This document shows, one piece after another, positions 58,561-64,000 of a DNA stretch of 64,000 nucleotides. Made by a program: the position numbers and the translations under genes. Numbering within the stretch: position 1 is the stretch's first letter; each line of letters begins with the position of its first letter. Location of the stretch: positions 288,001 to 352,000 of the forward strand of contig CAVQMO010000012.1 of assembly GCA_963713605.1 (NCBI GenBank), in the 5' to 3' direction. This DNA comes from an uncultured Nitrososphaerales archaeon (GTDB taxonomy: Archaea > Thermoproteota > Nitrososphaeria > Nitrososphaerales > Nitrososphaeraceae). The notes under the pieces were generated by a model, which saw nothing but the letters and a program-made list of their open reading frames with translations, was not told the DNA's origin and did no database searches.

Positions 58561-59628
58561 ATGAGAACCATATCAAGAAAATATAATACTGTTATTATTA
58601 TTATTATTGTATCAATACTATCAATCATCGCTAGTTCCATTATAATGACAGAGGAACAGCAACAGCAACATAGCGCTTTTGCACAGCTTACAGGACAAGA
58701 ATCCTTAAACTCCAATATCAGGCAGGCTGTGATGCAAGAATTTCCTGTTCCATTAGGCTCTAGGCCACACGACGTTGCCCCTATCCCGAATGGAACCGTA
58801 GTATGGTATACCGCTCAAGGTTCTGGTGAATTAGGAAAATTGGATCCAACTACTGGAAAGACGCATCACATTGCGCTAGGCCAAGGTTCAGCGCCGCATG
58901 GCGTTATTATTGGACCAGACGGCGCACCCTGGATTACAGACGGCGGTCTGAATGCTATTGTACGTGTTGATCCTCGTACTGAAGAGGTCGAAGTCTATCC
59001 GCTGCCTGAAGGTACTGGCTATGGTAACTTAAATACTGCAACGTTTGATCATAACGGCACTCTGTGGTTTACCGGACAAAGCGGAATTTATGGGAGCCTT
59101 GATCCACAAGTAGGACAGATCGAGGTCTTTCAAGCACCTCGTGGTCCTGGACCTTATGGCATTTCTACAACCCCCAATGGCACGGTATACTATTCTTCCT
59201 TGGCAGGTAGTTATGTTGCTCGCATCGATTTAGAAAGCGGAAAGAGTACTGTATTGGAACCTCCTACAGCCGACCAAGGAGCACGAAGAGTCTGGTCTGA
59301 CTCTCAAGGTCGTATCTGGATTAGTGAATGGAATGCAGGACAACTGGCCGTATATAATCCATTTACAGAAGAATGGAAGGAATGGCGGCTCCCAGGAAAC
59401 AATCCGATGCCTTATGCTGTATACGTGGATGAGAAGGATATGATCTGGTTAACTGATTTTAGAGCAAACGCCATGGTACGCTTTGACCCCAGACAGGAGG
59501 TCTTTGAGACTTTTCCGTTTCCCAGTTCCGAAGCTAACGTACGACAGATTCTAGGTAGGTCTGGCGAGGTATGGGGAGCAGAGTCGGGAACAGACCGGTT
59601 GGTGGTAATTAGAACTGAAAATGGTTAA
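58561..59628 (+). CDS. Vgb (virginiamycin B lyase)-like beta-propeller with an N-terminal TM/signal
   Basis: Repeated PH/PY-x-V/I..P.G..W blades; GSAPHGVIIGPDGAPWITD. Confidence 0.85.
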   Translation: MRTISRKYNTVIIIIIVSILSIIASSIIMTEEQQQQHSAFAQLTGQESLNSNIRQAVMQEFPVPLGSRPHDVAPIPNGTVVWYTAQGSGELGKLDPTTGKTHHIALGQGSAPHGVIIGPDGAPWITDGGLNAIVRVDPRTEEVEVYPLPEGTGYGNLNTATFDHNGTLWFTGQSGIYGSLDPQVGQIEVFQAPRGPGPYGISTTPNGTVYYSSLAGSYVARIDLESGKSTVLEPPTADQGARRVWSDSQGRIWISEWNAGQLAVYNPFTEEWKEWRLPGNNPMPYAVYVDEKDMIWLTDFRANAMVRFDPRQEVFETFPFPSSEANVRQILGRSGEVWGAESGTDRLVVIRTENG

Positions 59629-60022
59629 AAAACCAAATTTTTAGTGATCATGGAAGTCGAAGACATGATGACTGAATAAGTAAAATAATTAAAATGGTAG
59701 GCAAGACCTAGAGAAAGCATTTAAGCGATCATCTACCATTTTTGGTTAAATTTTCTATACGGGTGTTTAAATATCCATTGCTTGTATCACGCGCCTTTAA
59801 TTGAATATCAAAAATGTTTGGGCGTAAGATACTAGGTTACTATTCTTCTAATCTATAGGCTCCCTCAACGAGGACAGTACCTTTACTGTCAGGAATTTTT
59901 ATTTTTACGGAAATATCTCTGTTTGACTAAAGCTAAAATAAGGCATGAGATGACCGACATAACTTGGTCCTTTCCAAGGAGGGATCCTAGAACAACTAGA
60001 ACAAGGTCAAGGCGTCCAGCTT

Positions 60023-60403
60023 TTATATCCAACGGAGGACTGCTTCAACGGTGTCACTTGGGTTAGTATTGAAACATATTTTTGAAGATGGCGGGGCCTT
60101 CTGATGGATGGTATTGATAATTTTCTCAAATAGAAGGGTATGCTGCGGTATTATTCTAGTGCCAGCACCAATCATAATGCAGTCAAATTTTTCCCGTGAG
60201 AGTGTGTCTGAGACAACGCTTTCAGCAGTCTCTCCAAAGTCTACAAGACAGGTTTGCACTTCGTATCCTAAGTCCATTAGTCTTTTGATTGCATCTTGTG
60301 CTGTAGCCTGTACCCGGCTGGCATCCCATCCAGTGGTATTAGCAAGATTGGAATCAATTAACTTGGGGTCAATACCTGTCAGGAGAACTTTTTTCTTTGT
60401 CAT
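60023..60403 (-). CDS. Conserved hypothetical Rossmann-like protein
   Basis: FDCIMIGAGTR..LFEKIIN.IH..AP..KICFNTNP.DT.EAV.RW. Confidence 0.7.
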   Translation of the reverse strand: MTKKKVLLTGIDPKLIDSNLANTTGWDASRVQATAQDAIKRLMDLGYEVQTCLVDFGETAESVVSDTLSREKFDCIMIGAGTRIIPQHTLLFEKIINTIHQKAPPSSKICFNTNPSDTVEAVLRWI

Positions 60404-60792
60404 ACTCTCCTTATGGTGGGTCGTTCTATTTAATTTATAAAACCTGTTGCCTGTGCGTAAACCAATGCAGTTGTCGTCTTTAATGTTACCGAATAAGCGA
60501 TAGGAGTCAGAAATCGCCCTCCACAAAAAATATTCTTCGTGATAAAATTATTGTATAGATGTTTTTGATGTCTTGGCAGTAATAGCTCGATGTTTTACTC
60601 TTACTCTTACATACGCAGCAGGAGCCAGAAAAATGGAACAAAGAACCAAAATGAAACCGCATATGGAGATCAAAGGCTTATTATCTTCATGATAGCCACG
60701 ATGCACATTAGTCTCGATCGAGTTCAGGAAAGGCAAGATGCTGTATTTGTGCTGTGCGATCACTAAAGTAATTTTCTGCTTTTATAGGAAGC

Positions 60793-61160
60793 TCAAAAAA
60801 AGAACTCTCTGAGGTTTTTGCCAAGCTCTAGGTAAACTTTTAGGCAGCAAAGCATTTGCATCCATCCCTCGCAATGGCTATATGATTCATCTAGGGATTT
60901 TTGTATTTGATTCTTCCACCCTGTTTCTTTTATCTTGACGAGGGTCGAGTGCCGATCAAGAGCTTCAAAGGTCATCTCCGACTTGGTTATCGTTTCCTTC
61001 TAAATTAGCCATTCGAGAATAATTTTCTCATTTTTAATTGTCCGTTTAATGTGAACTGGAAATGCTCCTGGAAAGTCATGAAAATCCCATGTCACATCTT
61101 TTCCTTCGTCAAGTGTATCACTTGAACTGCCTGTCGTGAAATATCCGCTAAGTTTTTTGG
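60793..61160 (-). pseudogene. SRPBCC/AHSA1 domain protein (truncated, internal stop)
   Basis: PKKLSGYFTT..LDEGKDVTWDFHDFPGAFPV..TLVKIKETGW..CEGWMQMLCCLK. Confidence 0.75.
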
Positions 61161-61429
61161 GATATGATCGCTGGATCAATGATTATGCAACAAAAGCTAT
61201 TGATCTGCTTGCTCGGATGAAACACGAGATTGAAAAACAATGAGGTGATCGCAGTTCTAGACTGGTTATCATATGTGCTTTAGCGCTATACCTACCATCA
61301 TGATTATTGATGAGTTATGGTTCATCGGTTATTTGCTAGCTTTGTTATTATCCATAACTAGCTGCTAACATAACTATGAATTACTTGATACTCTAATCAA
61401 GATAAACTCTATGTAATTGGAGGAGACGC

Positions 61430-61630
61430 AAATGAACAGTCACTAAATGTTGTGAAGTCATATAATCCTGCCACGGATCAATGGACTGCCCATACACCCA
61501 TGCCGACTGCTAGACACTACGCAGCTTCTGCAGTAGTAGATGGAAATATTTATGTTATAGGAGGCAGGCTGACTAACTCTGGTTAATACAGATGTAGTAG
61601 AGAAGTACAACCCTAGTTCTGATAGCTAGG
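61430..61630 (+). pseudogene. Kelch-repeat remnant
   Basis: YNPATDQWTAHTPMPTARHYAASAVVDGNIYVIGGR..VEKYNP. Confidence 0.8.
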
Positions 61631-61874
61631 AGGTATCGATTGAAATTCGTGAAATTAATCATTGATTGCAACAATAATCATTATTATTATTATCACATCT
61701 GCAATCTATCGGCTCTTTCAAGCAAAATCTGCAGATAATTATACCACAACCACTACATGTATTATTCTTTAGAGTACAACCCTAGTGCTTGCAGTTATCC
61801 ACATAAACTATAATGACCGAAGATATAAAAAGCTCACGAAGTCTTTTTAAGCGATAAAAAGCATAATAGTAATA

Positions 61875-61991
61875 ATGTGTTTCGACTATGAATTTCCAGA
61901 ACTAGAAAAGGATCTAATAAAACCAATAAAGCAGAAGAAAAATATTGAAACAGAGAAAATGGAAGAAAGACCATTAACTGTGACTGCCTAG
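61875..61991 (+). CDS. Small protein (38 aa)
   Basis: MCFDYEFPELEKDLIKPIKQKKNIETEKMEERPLTVTA; tttttaag ~30 bp upstream, T-run downstream. Confidence 0.5.
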   Translation: MCFDYEFPELEKDLIKPIKQKKNIETEKMEERPLTVTA

Positions 61992-62254
61992 GCATATCGA
62001 TTGCAGTACTTACTTATTTTTTTAAAAGCCTTGTCATGGGTAGATATATAGACATTGTAATAAAAGAAGTTAAAAAAGTGATAAATCTTCATCACGTAGC
62101 TCTGAGTGAAGTTTTCTTAGGTATTGAGAATTGTGCCTAACTACTTCGCTTTAACTAGACAATATCTAACTCTAGCGAATTACAGTTACATTTCGTTATC
62201 CTCAAAATCTAAACATAGAAAAGGCAAGGCTAGATAATATCATTAATTCTATTC

Positions 62255-62480
62255 GGCTAAATAATGAAATATGTGTCAAGGTTAATCAGATAGTTAAGCA
62301 AGAAATAGAAAGCGTCATGTCAAATCCTAGAATGCTGTTAAGATTAGTTTTTGCTTCTCTATTCGAATCTTCAAGAAAGTATCCAGGAAAATTTCAGACC
62401 TTGTACTCTAACATGACTTCTCACTTATATTAAAACAAATATTATCGCAGTCGTTCATTAGTCATGATGTAAACCAGTCT
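62255..62480 (+). pseudogene. Remnant of a helical mobile-element-associated protein
   Basis: NNEICVKVNQIVKQEIESVMSNPRMLLRLVFASLFESSRKYPGKFQTLY. Confidence 0.4.
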
Positions 62481-63217
62481 GGAACCAGGCAAGATGAGTT
62501 GGCTGGTATGGGTCTTCGCCCAAATACCAACACCAGCCAATTCTGTATTATTATTAATATCTCATCTTTCCTTCGAAAGGTTGTAACTAGCAGGTTGGGC
62601 TGCCAACGGCCCACAAATGCAGATATCTGTCATTGATTAATAACTCGCTCTATGGTTCCACGCATTACACTCCTTCGAAACGAAGAGAGGTCTAGTCATT
62701 GCTAGCATAATAATGGTCCATCCTAAAAAATATTGCAGCTCCAATGAAGCTGATAAATAAGCTACCATATGTAAACTAGAAGCAGTTCGTTGACAGATGT
62801 TGCCGAATCATTAGTGATTCATACGTGCATAGACCCGTTCTAAACGTATATGTACCAGAGCTACGTGATTAATTCCATACCTAATTTATCCCTTGCATGT
62901 ATAGCAAAAGATCATAGAGCATGTGACAATAGTAAGAGTACGTGTGAATGCGATTGCCATAGGTTTAAAGAAAGCTAAACAACAGTAAAATTAGTCGCGA
63001 AGCATAAAAATTACTCATTAAAGAACTTCGTAAGTTGTAGACATCCTGATAAGGAAACGCTACCTCTCTTACGCCAACCAACTCCACTTAATACCTTATC
63101 TTCCATTTGAAAGGATTGTAACTTGCAGGTTGACCTGTCCATTCAGGACTAGTTACTCTCTTGATATCTTCTTGTATACTACACATATGACAGCATTGGA
63201 GCAGCTGCATCTTCCGT

Positions 63218-63736
63218 CTATCCATCGAGTGGACGGAACCAGCCACCGGCAGCAAGTGCTTGTCCTGCCTCTGAATCGGCTAGATTCCAACTAATCAAAT
63301 GGTCTATATTGACTTTCACGGTTACGTCGTCGCCTCGAGATAAATAAGAGGCAATACTCGGGTTACTGAGCCCGTCTGGTGTGACGTACTTCAAATGAAT
63401 CGAGTGATTCATCTTCCTCGCCTGTTCTCCTTCAACGAGTTCTACCTGGCCTCTGATCAGCACTCCTTTGAGGTTCAGTCCGGCCTTTGACACGTCAATC
63501 ATCACGGATGCACGAGGTCTTGCCCGCAGGTTCTTGCATTTGTGCGTATGATGGGAAGTCGGAATACAGATGTTGTTATCAATCCGTAGGAACCACATAG
63601 GCAAAAGGTGAATGCCTCCGTCGTCATCGGTTGTGGCCAAGTTTGCGATGAGCGTCATCGAAAGGATCTGGTCAATCTCGGCGGAGCTGAGGACCAGTGG
63701 CTTATTTGCAGCACCATTAGCAGAGTTGTCTATCAT
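63218..63736 (-). CDS. Pyridoxamine-5'-phosphate-oxidase family (PPOX/F420-dependent) protein
   Basis: IANLATTDDDGGIHLLPMWF, KCKNLRARPRASVMID, GVLIRGQVEL; GC-rich relative to its flanks. Confidence 0.88.
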   Translation of the reverse strand: MIDNSANGAANKPLVLSSAEIDQILSMTLIANLATTDDDGGIHLLPMWFLRIDNNICIPTSHHTHKCKNLRARPRASVMIDVSKAGLNLKGVLIRGQVELVEGEQARKMNHSIHLKYVTPDGLSNPSIASYLSRGDDVTVKVNIDHLISWNLADSEAGQALAAGGWFRPLDG

Positions 63737-64000
63737 ATTCTCATCCTCTTCCGGGGGCTATAGTCTTTGATATGGGACTATATTGATAACGATAATCTAT
63801 CATAACGTTTCTCCTAGTTCACTGTATATTAGTCTTGCTATCATGATAGCAATATAACTCGAGCCTGTTAGGAATCCTATGTCAGTGATATTAAACGAGG
63901 CCATCATCTAAGCTATGCCATATCCTTTCTTCATGAAGATTTAGTACTTTGCTATGTTTGTGCTTAGACCATTCATCTAGCACCTGTGTCCAATCTAACT

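Noticed and set aside
62495..62545. tRNA or tRNA-derived att site
   Set aside because: No T-arm GTTCRA or cloverleaf could be built; it is only a hairpin.

Overview
This is AT-rich archaeal DNA, most likely from a soil ammonia-oxidising archaeon (Nitrososphaeraceae). That placement is inferred from TATA-type promoters, thaumarchaeal-style cupredoxins, PsbP-like and DUF6659-like proteins, and the integrase type. Many otherwise intact genes carry single-base frameshifts, often at homopolymers, so this looks like an unpolished long-read assembly and 'pseudogene' calls are uncertain. The window has two halves. (A) 1-31.7 kb is a stress/metabolic block. Stress and regulatory genes: P-II, 3 CBS proteins, 2 USPs, VIT1/CCC1, dodecin, an Rv2004c-like kinase, a THEP1 NTPase. 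Metabolic genes: CoA-transferase, APC permease, GH38 mannosidase, bacterial-type GAPDH, a complete but convergently arranged biotin-dependent acyl-CoA carboxylase, and a nitrilase-family enzyme. Copper proteins: cupredoxins and a two-domain multicopper oxidase fusion. The intergenic DNA of this half repeatedly carries 5-bp-phased (TGCAN)n arrays, often just upstream of TATA boxes. These are a candidate operator for a hypoxia/dormancy-like regulon and are the most interesting signal here. (B) 32-64 kb is a decayed mobile/accessory mosaic: a tyrosine integrase between ~120-bp direct repeats, terminase-like and methylase remnants, many gene scraps, detox cargo (GNAT, VOC, MFS, ArsM/ArsC, RidA, Vgb-like, F420-dependent enzymes, cNMP-TrxR) and low-complexity secreted peptides. 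No rRNA, tRNA or CRISPR array was seen.
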